Shown: one piece after another, positions 1 through 12,097 of the stretch
Position numbering within the stretch: position 1 is the first letter of the stretch
How the letters are laid out: every line of letters starts with the position of its first letter
NCBI GenBank assembly: GCA_963665115.1
Contig: OY762007.1
Location: 1,216,001-1,280,000, forward strand
From: an uncultured Rivularia sp.
GTDB lineage: Bacteria > Cyanobacteriota > Cyanobacteriia > Cyanobacteriales > Nostocaceae
DNA length: 64,000 nucleotides
Reading direction: 5' to 3'
Position numbers and translations under genes: made by a program
Notes under the pieces: generated by a model
Told to the model about the DNA's origin: nothing
The model's database searches: none
Seen by the model: the letters and a program-made list of their open reading frames with translations, nothing else

Positions 1-1164
1 TCAACGTTACCCTTGGCAGAATTTATTAAAAGTAAGTTATCGGGATATTCATATGTTGCGAAAAAAATTACTTATGCAGGTATAGAGCAACGATGGTTAG
101 TTGTACAGAGCCAAGAAAGAAGGAAATCTGACTTACAGAAATTATCACAGAAACTGTATAAGAATGAAGAAAAAATTAAAAGTGAGTTAAAAAAGTTATC
201 GAAAGAAAAATTCGCTTGTGAGGCTGATGCAATTAAAGAATTATCGAAATTATCTAAAAAGTTCAAATATCATCAAATAAATAAAATTTCTGTAATTGAA
301 CATACACAAAATTCGGGAAAACAAGAAAAGTTTTATCAAGTATCAGCAACAATTATAGAGGATAAAGATAAAATTAATCCCTCAATCTTGAGCGCAGGAA
401 GATTTATAATTGCGACGAATATCTTAGAAGAAGCTGAACTTGATAATACTTCTATGATTTACAAGTATAAAGCACAGCAATCTTGTGAGCGTGGATTTAG
501 CTTTCTTAAAGACCCACTATTTTTTGCTGATAGTATTTACTTAAAAACACCTGAAAGAATTGAAGCATTGGCAATGATAATGGGTTTATGCTTACTAGTT
601 TATAAGCTTGCACAAAGGCAATTAAGGCTTGCTTTGTATGAGTCGCATTTAAAAATCAAAAATCAGTTAGGTAAACCCACAGATTCTCCAACATTAAAAT
701 GGATATTTCAATGTTTTCAATCAATTCATGTTGTTGAATTTAATAATCAAAAGCAAGTTTCTAATTGGAACGAAGAAAGAGATTTTATTCTGAAATTATT
801 ACCTAACCATTGTCTATCTTATTATAGTTTTATTACATAAAAATAAAATAATTTTTACAATTTTATAGCCATACAAGTTATTTCCATGTTTTGTTGATAG
901 CTTATTGATAGTCATGTCTCATTTTATCTTTGAAATCCAGATATATAAGTTATTACCTTGCCAAATACAATTTAATATAGATTTTTATCTATCAGACTCA
1001 AAGATAGATGTTTTTCATCACTATTGTTTGTTATTGAGAATTACTATGATGCCTTTTTCTCAAGATATTCGTGCTATTAAACGACGACAAGTGATTTTTT
1101 ATTCTTTATAGATAGATTTATCTCAGTAATTACCGATTACGACAACTTGGGTGCGGAATGTGGG
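1..1164 (+). mobile_element. IS1634-family insertion sequence, right part (left end outside window)
   Basis: Transposase ORF 13..840 is followed by ~320 bp ending in TGCGGAATGTGGG (1152-1164), resembling cyanobacterial IS1634 terminal repeats. The left IR is not visible. Confidence 0.7.
13..840 (+). CDS. IS1634-family transposase, C-terminal part
   Basis: Motifs GRFIIATN, YKAQQSCERGFSFLKDP and KTPERIEAL. The frame is open to the window start. Confidence 0.85.
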   Translation: MAEFIKSKLSGYSYVAKKITYAGIEQRWLVVQSQERRKSDLQKLSQKLYKNEEKIKSELKKLSKEKFACEADAIKELSKLSKKFKYHQINKISVIEHTQNSGKQEKFYQVSATIIEDKDKINPSILSAGRFIIATNILEEAELDNTSMIYKYKAQQSCERGFSFLKDPLFFADSIYLKTPERIEALAMIMGLCLLVYKLAQRQLRLALYESHLKIKNQLGKPTDSPTLKWIFQCFQSIHVVEFNNQKQVSNWNEERDFILKLLPNHCLSYYSFIT

Positions 1165-1179
1165 CTATAAGATAGTATG

Positions 1180-1212
1180 AATTACCAATTACCAATTACC
1201 AATTACCAATTA
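1180..1212. repeat. Heptamer tandem repeat (AATTACC)n, STRR type
   Basis: aattaccaattaccaattaccaattaccaatta seen directly. Confidence 0.9.
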
Positions 1213-1248
1213 TTAATTAAATATTTGGTGCTAAAGCGCAACTACGAA

Positions 1249-2348
1249 TTAGAATGGCTGATATCTAATTGAAAAGTTAAACCCATTTTCGGATAAAGAA
1301 TTACCATTTTCTCCTCTGCCTACTAATGGAATACCGTAGTCTGCACGCAATCCTAAACCTCTCAAAGGTTGCCATTGCAAGCCTAATCCTAAACTAGCAA
1401 GTGTTTGTGGATCTGGGTTGTCGCTGCGATTGTTCCAACCCGTACCAATATCAAAAAATGGGATTAATTGTAAGGTTTCTACTTCCGATAACAAGGGAAT
1501 TCTCGCTTCTATTCCTCCAACTATGCCGCTGTCGGTAACGATTTGATTTTGACGATAACCGCGTACTGTATCTACTCCGCCGATGCTGATTTTTTCTGCG
1601 GAAAGTAAGGAATCACCTGTAAGTTGAGTGTTAACTTTGGCGAGCATTATAATACGCGGAGATAATCTTTGCACCCATTGGAATTGCCCCACCCAAGCGA
1701 AAAAAAGTCCATCTGTTCCGCTGTCATTGACTGTGGCATCGAAGGCATCGATACCGACACTGAATTGCGATCGCGCTGCTAAAACGCTTTTGGTGTTACG
1801 TCTCAACCAATCTTGGGAAAAGCGAATGACGCTGAGTTTTGATTGTAATTCCTTCGAGTTTCGCCTTCTACAACTTGGATGGTTACAATACCGTCGGCAA
1901 CATTTTGATTGTTGGGAATAAATGCACCGCTGCTGATATAGCCATTTTCAGCGTAGAGTTGGGTGATTTGAGAGCGTAATTGTAATAACTGTTCAAATGC
2001 GATTTTTTTGTTTTCTAAAGGTTGTTTTAACTGGTTAATTTCAGCTTCTAAAATAGAGTTTCCTTTGATTTGAATTTCTTTGACAAAGAAAGTTGTACCG
2101 CTAGGAAAGGTTGTCTCTGGTAAATTTTCCTGTGGTGGTGATGGCAGTATGGGGACAGTTTCCGTAGGTGGTGTAGCTGGTGAAGTTGGTGATGGTTGGG
2201 GAATGGTTTCTTCAACTTTACCGGGTGTACCTAGGGGAATTGTCACTCCCGGTGGAGGTGTCGATTGGGCAAATACGGTTAATGGAGCGATGTTGATGCA
2301 GGAAAGGAATATGATAAAAAAGTTTTGAAATCGTAAGTAAGAATTCAT
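1249..2348 (-). pseudogene. ShlB/FhaC/HecB-family (TpsB) outer-membrane secretion protein with a large internal deletion
   Basis: Signal peptide, Pro-rich linker and first POTRA domain (ITQLYAENGYISSGAFIPN...VVEG) join near 1840 directly to the C-terminal barrel (LSVIRFSQDW...GGVDTVRGYRQN...FSIRYQPF). The total of ~365 codons is well short of the family norm. Confidence 0.75.
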
Positions 2349-2776
2349 TTTGTATGTATGATATGTATGAAAACTATGTCAAAAAATATGATTTTAGATA
2401 TTATTACTCAATGAAAATATCATAATTAGTTTTTTTGGTGATTGCCGAAAACTGCAAAGTTTAACAGAAATGCTGTTGTAGGTGTTTATTTCTGCTAAAT
2501 TTAAATTAAATTTTAAATTATCTATCAAACGCACATCTAATGTATTTTAAATTACTTTTATTCTTTGTCGGGTGTATTACTGCACTAATATGTTGAATAT
2601 TCAATTAGCAATTAACTAAGGCAACATTAGTACCAGATTAATTTTAAAGGGTTCGTAGTAGCGCTTCAGCGCCTCCGAATCCTGATTTATGAGGCGCTAA
2701 AGCGCTACTACAAACCTTGATTACCCCGCAAAACTAATGTGGTGGAGTACTAGATGGATGAATTAAAGACTTTTCT

Positions 2777-5468
2777 ATGAAAACCAAAAATAAGCATTTC
2801 AAATTTTTACAAATTCTATTCTTCGCAACTTTGATAATTTGTATATCTTTTGGACAGGTTGTTACGGCGCAAAATCCTAATATCAATTTATTAGTTGAGA
2901 GGGGAATTAAAGATTACAATACAGGCAATTTTCTTAGTGCAGTTGAAAACTGGCAACAAGCATTAACTGAGTATAAAAATCAAAAGAATCCTTCTGCAAC
3001 GGCTGTCATAAATGAAAATTTAGGACGTGCTTATCAAAAATTAGGAGAAAATCAAGCTGCAATTACATCGCTTTCGGCGGCAATTCGCGACTATCAAGCG
3101 GTTAAAAATGTGCCGCAAGTGGGAAGAATGCGGACGGAATTAGCTCAAGTTTATAGTAATTTGGGACAACCTCAAAAAGCGATCGCTCTATTGTGTGGCA
3201 AAGGGGGGGAAGGCATTGAGCTTGAATGCATTCGGGAAAGTGCCGTACAAATTGCCAGTAAATATAATGACAAAGACGGTAAAGTTGCAGCTTTTGGGGT
3301 TTTGGGTGAAGTATATCGGTTAATCGGAAATTACGATCGAGCAATCGCTTATTTACAAGCAGCCCAAAAGGAAATTCCAGATAACTTTTTAGTTTTAAAT
3401 AGCCTGGGTAATGCTCACATAAATCGCGCTCAATTACGAGAATTGCAGGCAAAATCGGCTGCTAAAATTGGACTTGATGACAAAGAAACCGAATTTAATC
3501 GAAAGTCATCGGCAGATTTTAATCAAGCTAGCGAATATTTTCAGAGTAGTATCAAATTTGCTCGCGATGCAAAACAAAGTTTAGCAGAGATGCGCGGATT
3601 TTTGAATTTAATTAAGTTGGCTTCTCATACAGATAAAACGAAAATTATCGATGATGCGGCGTTTAATAATGCTGTTGGAAATGCTTTAAAGCTGCTCGAA
3701 AATTTACCAGATTCAGAAACAAAGGTTTATGGAGCTATCGATTTAGCATATTTACAACGGAATTCTCCTTTCAATTCACCCTTTACCAATTGTCCCAACT
3801 CAATTAGTTTTACCAGAAAAAGCATTAAGTTTGCTGCAAAAATCTGTTTTAACTAGCAATAATTTAAAAGATAATCGCTTGCAATCCTATGCTAACGGTG
3901 CTTTAGGACATTTTTGGGAATGCCGTCAAAATAGCCAGAAAGCGTTAACGTATACCCAAAATGCAATTGTGGCAGCAGATAGCAAGTTGAGTGCAAAAGA
4001 TAGTTTGTATTTGTGGGAGTGGCAAGCCGGAAGAATTTTAGACGAGCAAAAGCAGAAGAAACAAGCGATAGAATCCTATCAAAGAGCATTTGAAACTTTA
4101 GAAGATATCCGCCAAGATATTTTGACAGCGAAACGAGATGTACAGTTTGACTTCCGCGATGTTGTCCGACCATTGTATCGCACCTTAGCAAAATCACGAT
4201 TGGAATTATTGCAAGCTGGAGCAATTGCAAACAAGCAACGTGACGAAGAATTATCGAAAGTTGTAAAAACCATCGATGCTTTGAAACTGGCAGAATTGCA
4301 AAATTATTTTGGTAACGACTGCGTTTTAAGCGGGTTGAATCCTAAACAGGTGGACGAACTTTTGCAAGATAAAGATAATAGTGCGAAGTTTAAAAATACG
4401 GTGTTTTTAAGTTCAATAATTTTGGATGGCAAAACCGGAATACTATTACAATCAGCCGATAAAGCAACCAAGTTTAAGTGGATTGAAGATTCCCAACAAC
4501 AAGGTACAGATAAAATAGTTAGCAGCAAAAAGTTAGAAATAAAAATTGCCGAATTTCGCCAAGGGTTAGTTAACGGAAGAGTTGCACTTAACTACGATAC
4601 AACAACCGCAGCACAACTTTATGATTGGATAATTCGTCCCTTTGCTGAAGACATCAAAGCAGAGGAAGTTAAAACTTTGGTGTTTATCCAAGATGGATTT
4701 TTACGTAGCGTGCCAATGGCAGCACTTTACGACAGTCAGCAACAAAAATATTTAGTTGAAACCTACGCAATTGCCACAACTCCCAGCTTACGATTGACAG
4801 TTACTAAACCAAACCGCAGCAAACACAAAGCATTAATTTTAGGTTTAACAGAAAAATCGACAATCGACGGAAAGATTTTTCCCGAGCTTGCTTCAGTTGA
4901 AAATGAAATTAGCGCAGTTAAAAAACAACTTCCCAATCATACCGAATTAATCAACGAGAATTTTCTCCCCGAAAACTTCCAGCAAAAACTTCAGCAAACA
5001 ACATATCCCATCGTACACATTGCCAGTCACGCTCAATTCGGAATTATTCCCGAAGACACCTTCATAGTCACGGGTAAAAACAAAAAACTCACCATCAGTC
5101 AATTAGAAAACTCATTGCAAAACCTTAAAAATCGATCGGATAGCGTTGATTTGCTCGCACTTACAGCTTGTCAAACCGCCCTTGGTGACGAGCGAGCCAC
5201 CTTGGGATTAGCTGGAGTAGCATTACAAGTCGGAGTTAAAAGTGCAGTTGCATCGTTATGGAATATCCAAGATATATCAACATCCAAACTGGTAGAAGAA
5301 TTTTACAAAAACTACCGCGAAGGGGGAATGAGTATTGCTCAAGCATTGCAAAAAGCCCAAAGAAAAATGATTAACGCCAAAAAATTACCACCATCAGAAG
5401 ACATTGAAATCAATTATGATAATCCCGCACATTGGGCACCGATGATTGTGATTGGTAATTGGTTGTAA
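2777..5468 (+). CDS. TPR + CHAT (caspase-like) domain protein; one apparent frameshift at ~3795
   Basis: Signal peptide and TPR repeats; CHAT catalytic motifs HIASHAQF and LTACQTA; C-terminal HWAPMIVIGNWL. Removing one C at 3794-3796 fuses the two ORFs (CPTQLVLPEKALSLLQK). Confidence 0.85.
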
Positions 5469-5575
5469 TTGTAGGTTGGGGGCAACAAAAATCGGTTTTA
5501 ATTCAATATTAAACTTTGCCTCGTAACCCAACATCTCGATTATCGGAATTTTATTTATTAATGTTGGGTTAAATT

Positions 5576-5748
5576 TACATCTTGCACCATTCTCAACAAC
5601 CGCCTTGGAATAAATTCCCAGGCTCATAAGCAAAGTCGTCTGAAGACGACTAGATAAGACTTTTAGCGCGTTTTAACTTTGTATATTAACCTTGAAATTC
5701 CCAACCGAGGCGGGTATTTGGGCTAATCGCGAATGGTGCAAGATATCA
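5576..5748. repeat. MITE-like dispersed element with terminal inverted repeats
   Basis: TACATCTTGCACCA ... TGGTGCAAGATAT. A related copy lies at 51881-52145. Confidence 0.6.
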
Positions 5749-5767
5749 TGCTATTAATTACAATTAT

Positions 5768-6496
5768 CTACAAACTATCCCGCGAAATCTTCTCAAGATA
5801 TTCAACTCGTTGTTTAATAATTATGTTACTACTTTCACTTTCTGTCGGCATTTCTGACTCTGCTAATTCTTGCACTAAAACTGACCCAATTTTACCCAAA
5901 TTACCATTTTCTTCTATTTTTAATGCTTCTTCAAGTGCTTCATACCACAATTCATTTTCAGCATAATAATTAACGCTTTCAGGAATGGTAGTAAATTTAT
6001 TTTTCGCCAGCGATTGAGGATTAATAACTGTAAATTCTGCACGCTTGACAATAGGATAGCTTCCGCAGTTAAGTGAAATTTGCCATAAGTATGTTTTACC
6101 CACCGAAAGCTCGGCGTAATCGGTAGGAAGTTTTAATTTATTGATTCCTACTACCGATGGTATTTCTTTAAATTCACCGATTTGTTTAACTTGCGTGGCT
6201 GATTCAAATTCAAAAAGTCGAAATTGCACATTTTTAGTACTCGATGAATACCAAGCCAACATTGGACGTAATGAAGCAGTTTTTCCGATAAATGGTTTAG
6301 GTGCAAGCAGCGTCAAAGGAATACTACCATTACTACCACATCCACGGGAGCCACCACCACGAGAATATCCACTCGCAGGTTTGCGATTCTTCGGCTTATA
6401 TTTAGCGTAGGCTGGAACTGCGGTAATCAAGAAAAGCATTCCAATAATTAAGCTGGCAATGCGACGATTCCGCCAAAACGTTGATTGATTGTTCAC
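5768..6496 (-). CDS. DUF928-domain protein
   Basis: Signal peptide, GGGSRGC, LSVGKTYLWQISL and YYAENELWYEAL. Typical neighbour of CHAT/CHASE2 genes. Confidence 0.8.
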   Translation of the reverse strand: MNNQSTFWRNRRIASLIIGMLFLITAVPAYAKYKPKNRKPASGYSRGGGSRGCGSNGSIPLTLLAPKPFIGKTASLRPMLAWYSSSTKNVQFRLFEFESATQVKQIGEFKEIPSVVGINKLKLPTDYAELSVGKTYLWQISLNCGSYPIVKRAEFTVINPQSLAKNKFTTIPESVNYYAENELWYEALEEALKIEENGNLGKIGSVLVQELAESEMPTESESSNIIIKQRVEYLEKISRDSL

Positions 6497-6608
6497 AATA
6501 ATTACTGTTTACTATATAGCTTTCAAGAAATAGACAAGAAAAATATAGTACAGGTTACAAAAATTTATAAATCTTTAAGAATAGTTTTAATATTTAGGAT
6601 ATCTTAAA

Positions 6609-8481
6609 TTATTTTATCGGTGTCCAACTAAGTTCGCATATTGTGCCTTTCGGGGAAATAGATTCTCGTTTAAACTCTCCTCCTAACTGTTTGGCAAGAA
6701 TTTTACAGTTTTTTGTACCTTTATTTTCCTGCGTAGATTTAATTCCAGTTTCCGTTATCTTTCACCCACAATTTATATTTATGCGGAGAATATTCACCCG
6801 ATGCTTGAACCCGCTTTACCCCTTCGGCGTGTTTGCCAACGTTACACAATGCCTCTTCCAAAAACAAACAGATGCTGCGTTTTTTTTCTCTGTTTAAATA
6901 TTTATCATCAATTGGATCGAAGTTGCGAATTTTAACTCTTAATGTTTGAAAATATTCAAAATCGTTACGTTCCAAAGTACTTGAATAAACTTCGTATAAT
7001 AAATCGTGAAGCGGGCGATTCAAATCTAAAATTAATCCACTTCCCAAACGTAAAACTTCTTCATTTGCTAATGCTTCTAGCTGAAGAAAATCGCCGATGG
7101 CTCTAATTTCTTTGTCAAGCTTTTCAAATTGCTCGACTAGTTTGTCTTGAGGAATATCTTGAGCGCGGATATGCTTTAATCCATAAGCAAGGGTTTGCAA
7201 AGGACCATTATGAATTACAGTGAAAGTATATTTAATCGTGCTGAGACGTTCGTTAATTTGCGAACGCAAAAATTTATCGTGCTGGTAAAATGCAAAAGCA
7301 CTCAAGCTAACTCCATTTAATATCAGTAAATTTGGTACTATGGGAATCCATATACCCCACCACCACAGCATTAGATAACCGAAGCTAAACAAACCAATTC
7401 CTGCTACAGCAACACTAAGTAAATTTGTCCAGACAGATTGGGTAAGTCTTCCCAGGAGAATCGGCACAAAACCCCACATAACAATCCATATGTACTCGCT
7501 TGCATCTCCCCAACTACTTAACATTGGGCGACTATCGATGACAGCACTGAGAATTTCGCTAACGGCATGAGCGTGATAGTCAACTCCATAAATTTGACCT
7601 TTTATTCCTGATATTGGCAAAGCAAATGTATAAAAAATATCGCCAGCGCTCATATTCCGATTGCCTATTAAGATAATGCGATCGCGCAACAATTTCGCAT
7701 CGACTTTATTATTCAAAACATCCCGCAGCGACACAACATGAAAAGGTTTGCGACTGTTGCGAAAGTTGATTAAAGTTGACAATCCACCGTCATCAATATC
7801 AATATATCCGCCAAAATTTTTAGTAATTTGCGGTAATTCCTTTCCACGAATCATGATAGCGTTAGGATCTTTTATTCCGGTTTCCAAATCAGTTCCTTCC
7901 GCACCAAAATACTGAATAACTAATTGCAACCCCAAAGAGAATTTATCTGACTCGATATTTTTCGGGTTAGATGTATACAACAAATAGCGGCGATTTTTAC
8001 TATCCCCATCAATACGTAAATCGGCAAATCCAATTTGTTCGGGTGATAAACTTTTATGCGGAGGAATTTCTCCTGGTGGTAAAATTTTTTCAATACCAAT
8101 AATGTTAGTATTTTTCTTTAATACCCGCGCTAGTTGTTCGCTACCGGGTTCAACCGGAACATTTTTGAACAAATCCAAACCAATTGCTCGCGGTTGATAA
8201 GTTTCCAGCTTGTTGAGTAACTCTGCAATCTTGCCATCGGGAATCGGATATTTACCAACAAATTCAATATCCTGTTCGTCAATTCCCACAATTATTACAC
8301 GCTCATCAACCTTTTCTACCGGACGTAAACGCAACATTGTATCCAAGAGCATCCATTCCAAAGGCTGCATTCCTCCGGTTATGCGGATTAACATCACCAC
8401 AATCAGCACCATCATTCCTGGAGGTGCAGCCCGCAACCATAACTCTAATTCTTTACTAATGCGACTCCAAATTCTCCTCAT
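6609..8481 (-). CDS. CHASE2-domain sensor histidine kinase; apparent frameshift at ~6750
   Basis: CHASE2 (DERVIIVGIDEQDI, PRAIGLD), three TM helices, HNGPLQ H-box, EEALCNVGKHA N-box. Removing one A restores DNGTGI...GTICELSWTPIK with stop at 6609. Confidence 0.85.
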
Positions 8482-8501
8482 CTTGCCGATTAATCCCCGT
8501 A

Positions 8502-9230
8502 TTAATCAATTAAACCTTCTTCGCGGGCACGAATTTCGGTTTGGATTCGCAGATTCTTACCACTTTGCTTGCAGTCTTCAGGGTATACCTCTAAAACATC
8601 CTGAATCTTTGTCCAGTAAGTCCGTACTGCCCGTTCCGATTTATACATTCTTTTGGCAATTTCCTTATCAGTCAAACCTTCTTCAAAAGCGAATCGTAAA
8701 ACATCCACCCATTCCGGTTTTAATTCGATTCCCGTTTTAATATCTTTTGTATGAGTCGCACCGCCAAGCGTCAAATTAACTCGCATTAACATTTCATCTT
8801 CAGGTAATCCTTTGTCTGCGATGGCAAATCCACCTTGATGATTATCAATCTCGTGCTTAATGCGGATTAACGCTTTGACATAACTGGTTTGCACAATAAA
8901 ATTTTGATGGGGATATTCTGCAAGCAAAGTTTGTAAAAGTTGAATTCCCGTTTCAATTTCTGCTCTCTCGCCCAAAGTATTAGGAATCGACAAATCCATT
9001 ACAACTAAATCTAAATAAGAAGATTGAATTAAAGATAATGTCTCCTGTTTTGTTTGAGCCTTAACAATATCCGCTTCCGGATACTTTCGACGTAACACAT
9101 CCAGAGTACCAGTTAAAATTAATTGATGGTCGTCCACAACAAGAATGCCTAGTTTTTTTTCCACTGGCAAGCTCCCATAAACTTGGTGTTCTTTGAAATT
9201 ATAAATTACCATAACTTTATTCTCATTCAT
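8502..9230 (-). CDS. NarL/LuxR-like DNA-binding response regulator
   Basis: REC domain (VVDDH, VVMDLSIP) plus C-terminal HTH (GLTDKEIAKRM...AVRTYWTKIQD). Confidence 0.85.
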   Translation of the reverse strand: MNENKVMVIYNFKEHQVYGSLPVEKKLGILVVDDHQLILTGTLDVLRRKYPEADIVKAQTKQETLSLIQSSYLDLVVMDLSIPNTLGERAEIETGIQLLQTLLAEYPHQNFIVQTSYVKALIRIKHEIDNHQGGFAIADKGLPEDEMLMRVNLTLGGATHTKDIKTGIELKPEWVDVLRFAFEEGLTDKEIAKRMYKSERAVRTYWTKIQDVLEVYPEDCKQSGKNLRIQTEIRAREEGLID

Positions 9231-9808
9231 TAAAAATAAAAACGATGTTTAACTTTTAGCAATCAGCGCTCTCAATACCTATTACATAACAATCTGGTTC
9301 TTCAGTTCTAAGTATGCTGAAAATTACACAAAAATTATTATTACCCTTGCCATTTAAGGGTTAATGCATTTTTAAAACAACATTATATAATATTAACTTC
9401 TTTTTCTTCCGTTCCCTTTTTTCAAATGTTTAATTAGCATAGTAAGTACGATTGAACTAATAATTTTATGCTCTACTATTAACCTTTTTTCACTATTCCC
9501 CCTTGTAATAAGCTGATGTGCAGCTAAATTGAATAATTCGTTAGCGTTCACGCTCCGCGTGCGGCTCAGCGTGTCCGTAGGACATAAATAGTAGTGCGAG
9601 CATCTTGCTCGCTAGTACTATACAAATCAAATGCATAGCAGCTTACTATTTTAATTAACGTGAAATTATGCGGCTATAGCCATAATTTTTTGTACTTTCA
9701 TTTTAATTGCAAGTTTAGATTAAGCCTATGCATAAAAGTGCAAACAGTAGCATCTTCCCTTTTAGATCCTTACCGCCAGGGCAGTTGGATAAGTCCCCAT
9801 CGAACAAA

Positions 9809-9851
9809 TAATTCGGGCGGATGACGACTAACGCCACATCCGCCCGAATTA
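9809..9851 (-). terminator. Hairpin, probable terminator of the leftward FaRLiP transcript
   Basis: taattcgggcggatg-N13-catccgcccgaatta, ~90 bp downstream of psaJ2, with a T-rich tail on the minus strand. Confidence 0.6.
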
Positions 9852-9941
9852 TAAATTACAAATTGTACGTAGCGCTTGACTGTTCCTTAACTATCTAAGA
9901 CAAAATAATTCCGAGTTTAGCCTCCAACTGTAACGATCAAT

Positions 9942-10091
9942 TTATTGAGGTAAAGGATGGAAAAAAGTCCCGTATTGCAATCCAGGGAAAATGTAATTCA
10001 ATCCAACGAAAATTACAAACAGAATAATTACTGCTAAAGTCGCAACAACGGGAACGCTGGAAAGATATTTAAACAAATAACGTGATTCCAC
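9942..10091 (-). CDS. psaJ2: Photosystem I subunit IX, far-red paralog (49 aa; below the ORF-track cutoff)
   Basis: GTG start with AAGGAG upstream. Translation MESRYLFKYLSSVPVVATLAVIILFVIFVGLNYIFPGLQYGTFFHPLPQ. Lies directly after psaF2. Confidence 0.9.
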   Translation of the reverse strand: MESRYLFKYLSSVPVVATLAVIILFVIFVGLNYIFPGLQYGTFFHPLPQ

Positions 10092-10467
10092 GATCAAATT
10101 CTCCTTGTTAAATGATTGGTTTATTTACACCGTACTGTACTAGCGAATAGAAATCGGAATTTCATCATCTTTAGCAACTAATTCCCCACTTAATAATTCT
10201 TTGACAGCTAAAAGTGGCCACATTAAAGCCTTGAGCATACAACTGACGAAAAGTGCTACATCAATAAACAATTCCTTTTCTTCTCCTGCACCTTCTTTTC
10301 TAATTGCTATTAGATAAGAACGTCCGCTCCAACCTATCCAACCTGCAATATATAAGAACATCGTAATCGGAGCCATTACATCAAATGCAAGGTTCAAACG
10401 ATCGAGAACTAAATGTGGTAAACCATCCTCACCACAAAGTAACTGAGAATAAGCCTGAAATGGCTTA

Positions 10468-11639
10468 AGTAGGTCGGCATGAAAAAACCAAAGTATGTAA
10501 AGATAAGTAAATACGGAAAATGCATCTACCGAGGTTATTGAAATATGGGCGCTCGTTTAAGGGTGTTTCTGACTCGTGAGCAAGACAAAGACTTGCTAAA
10601 CCTAAGAACAAAAGACGTACCAAACAAAGTAAAAGACCGAGCAGAAGTAATTAGATTAAATGCACATGGTTGGTATGTTGAAAAAATAGCAGATCATTTC
10701 GGGTGGACTGCACAAACAGTAAGAGACATTTTACATAAATGGCAGAAAGAAGGATATAGCGGACTTTGGGATAAACCCGGCAGGGGAGGTAAGACGAAGT
10801 ATAAAGAAGAAGACATTATATATCTGGAAGAATGCCTCAAAAAAGAACCACGCACATACAATAGTCTTCAATTAGCCCAAAAATTAGAAGGCGATCGCCA
10901 GGTTAAGTTGAGTCCCGATAGATTAAGAAGGGTACTCAAAAAAAGGGGGTCATTTGGAAAAGAACAAGAAAAAGCCACAAAGAAAAGCAAGACCCAATCT
11001 TCAAAGAAATCAAGCAAGCAGACCTAGATATGTTAGAACTATCTGCGGCTGCTGGGGAAATAGATTTAAAGTATTTAGATGAATCTGGTTTCTGTATGTG
11101 GAGTGAACCAAACTACACATATTACCAGATCGGTGAACAGAAGCGCTTAGAGCAAACTAAGCGTCGTGGTCGTAGATTAAGTATTATAGGGCTTTTACAA
11201 CCCCTAGTTAGCTTTGTATATGGTTTAGTTATTGGTGGTGTTAATCGCTTTTCTTACATCCATATGATGGAACAAGAAGCGGCTGAGGCTCAAAGAAGCG
11301 GACGCATGAGAGTTATAGTACAGGACAACGGTCCAATACACCGATGCAAGGAAGTTCAGCAGTTATGGTCTAAGTGGGAAAGTCAAGGTTTGTATATCTT
11401 CTTTTTGCCTAAATATTGTTCTGAGATGAACCCAATTGAATTGGAATGGCAGCATCTCAAGAAAGATGAACTTTCTGGACAAATGTTTGATGACGAATTA
11501 GACCTTGCTTATGCCGTAATAGATGGAGTTCAAGTTAGAGGAGAAAGAGGTAACTACAAGACACAGCGTGTTAGATTTAACTCCAACACGACATCTTAAC
11601 TTTTCGTTACATAGTTATAAATTTCCCCGCCGACCTACT
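10468..11639 (+). mobile_element. IS630-family element (1172 bp)
   Basis: 11-bp perfect terminal IRs AGTAGGTCGGC/GCCGACCTACT. TA target duplication at 10466-10467 and 11640-11641. Confidence 0.95.
10545..11599 (+). CDS. IS630 transposase (OrfA HTH + OrfB DDE), probably joined by a programmed -1 frameshift
   Basis: OrfA 10545..11027. OrfB carries [15 protein letters not shown] and [14 protein letters not shown]. Slippery A7G5 at 10938-10949; the -1 frame reads [10 protein letters not shown] into OrfB. Confidence 0.9.
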
Positions 11640-11827
11640 TAGTAGTGTAATAACTATCAGGCGCATTTTGCATCCGTTCTATAAATGCCGGAGAATCTTT
11701 ACAAGGTACCAGTGTAGTGTTCTCTGCCAATGCAGTAGGAATAAAATTAATCCAGAAAAAGCTTGCAAGTAGTAGTGCGAAAAATATTCTTTTCATAGTT
11801 TTATCCTTTGTTATTAATTGTCAATTT

Positions 11828-12090
11828 ATTTTGGATTTTAGATTTTGCGGAAAGTTGGGGGTTTCGGTTTCCGGAGCCACTGCGTTGCGCGGGTTCCCAA
11901 GGCAGCGCGGTCTTGGGGGTTTCCCCCATGAGCGACTGCCGCCGCGTTGTAGCAAGTGGCGTTCCCCCAAACTTTCCAAGACAGATTTTGGATTGTCTCC
12001 AAGAATAAATTCCCAATTCCCAATTCCCCATTCCCCATTCCCAATTCCCAATTCCCTACTCCCTACTCCCTACTTTCTACTCCCTACTCC
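11828..12090. repeat. Composite intergenic repeat: nested palindromic dispersed elements within GATTTTG heptamers, then TCCCAAT/TCCCCAT/CTCCCTA tandem heptamers
   Basis: Nested IRs such as ggaaagttgggg...ccccaaactttcc. STRR-type heptamers at 12009-12090. Confidence 0.75.
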
Positions 12091-12097
12091 CTCTTAA

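Larger units (their letters stand above)
10140..11796 (-). pseudogene. psaF2: Photosystem I subunit III, far-red paralog, interrupted by IS630
   Basis: 5' part 11796-11640 reads MKRIFFALLL...LVPCKDSPAF...YYTT. 3' part reads [19 protein letters not shown]...[16 protein letters not shown]...EIPISIR. Removing the IS and one TA copy restores a continuous frame. Confidence 0.92.

Noticed and set aside
905..1111. 68-aa ORF after the IS1634 transposase
   Set aside because: It lies in the AT-rich IS tail, has a TTG start and shows no recognisable features.
6540..6573. ATTTATAA-N16-CTATAT upstream of the DUF928 gene as another sigma-like promoter
   Set aside because: The upstream element is too AT-rich and degenerate to distinguish from background.
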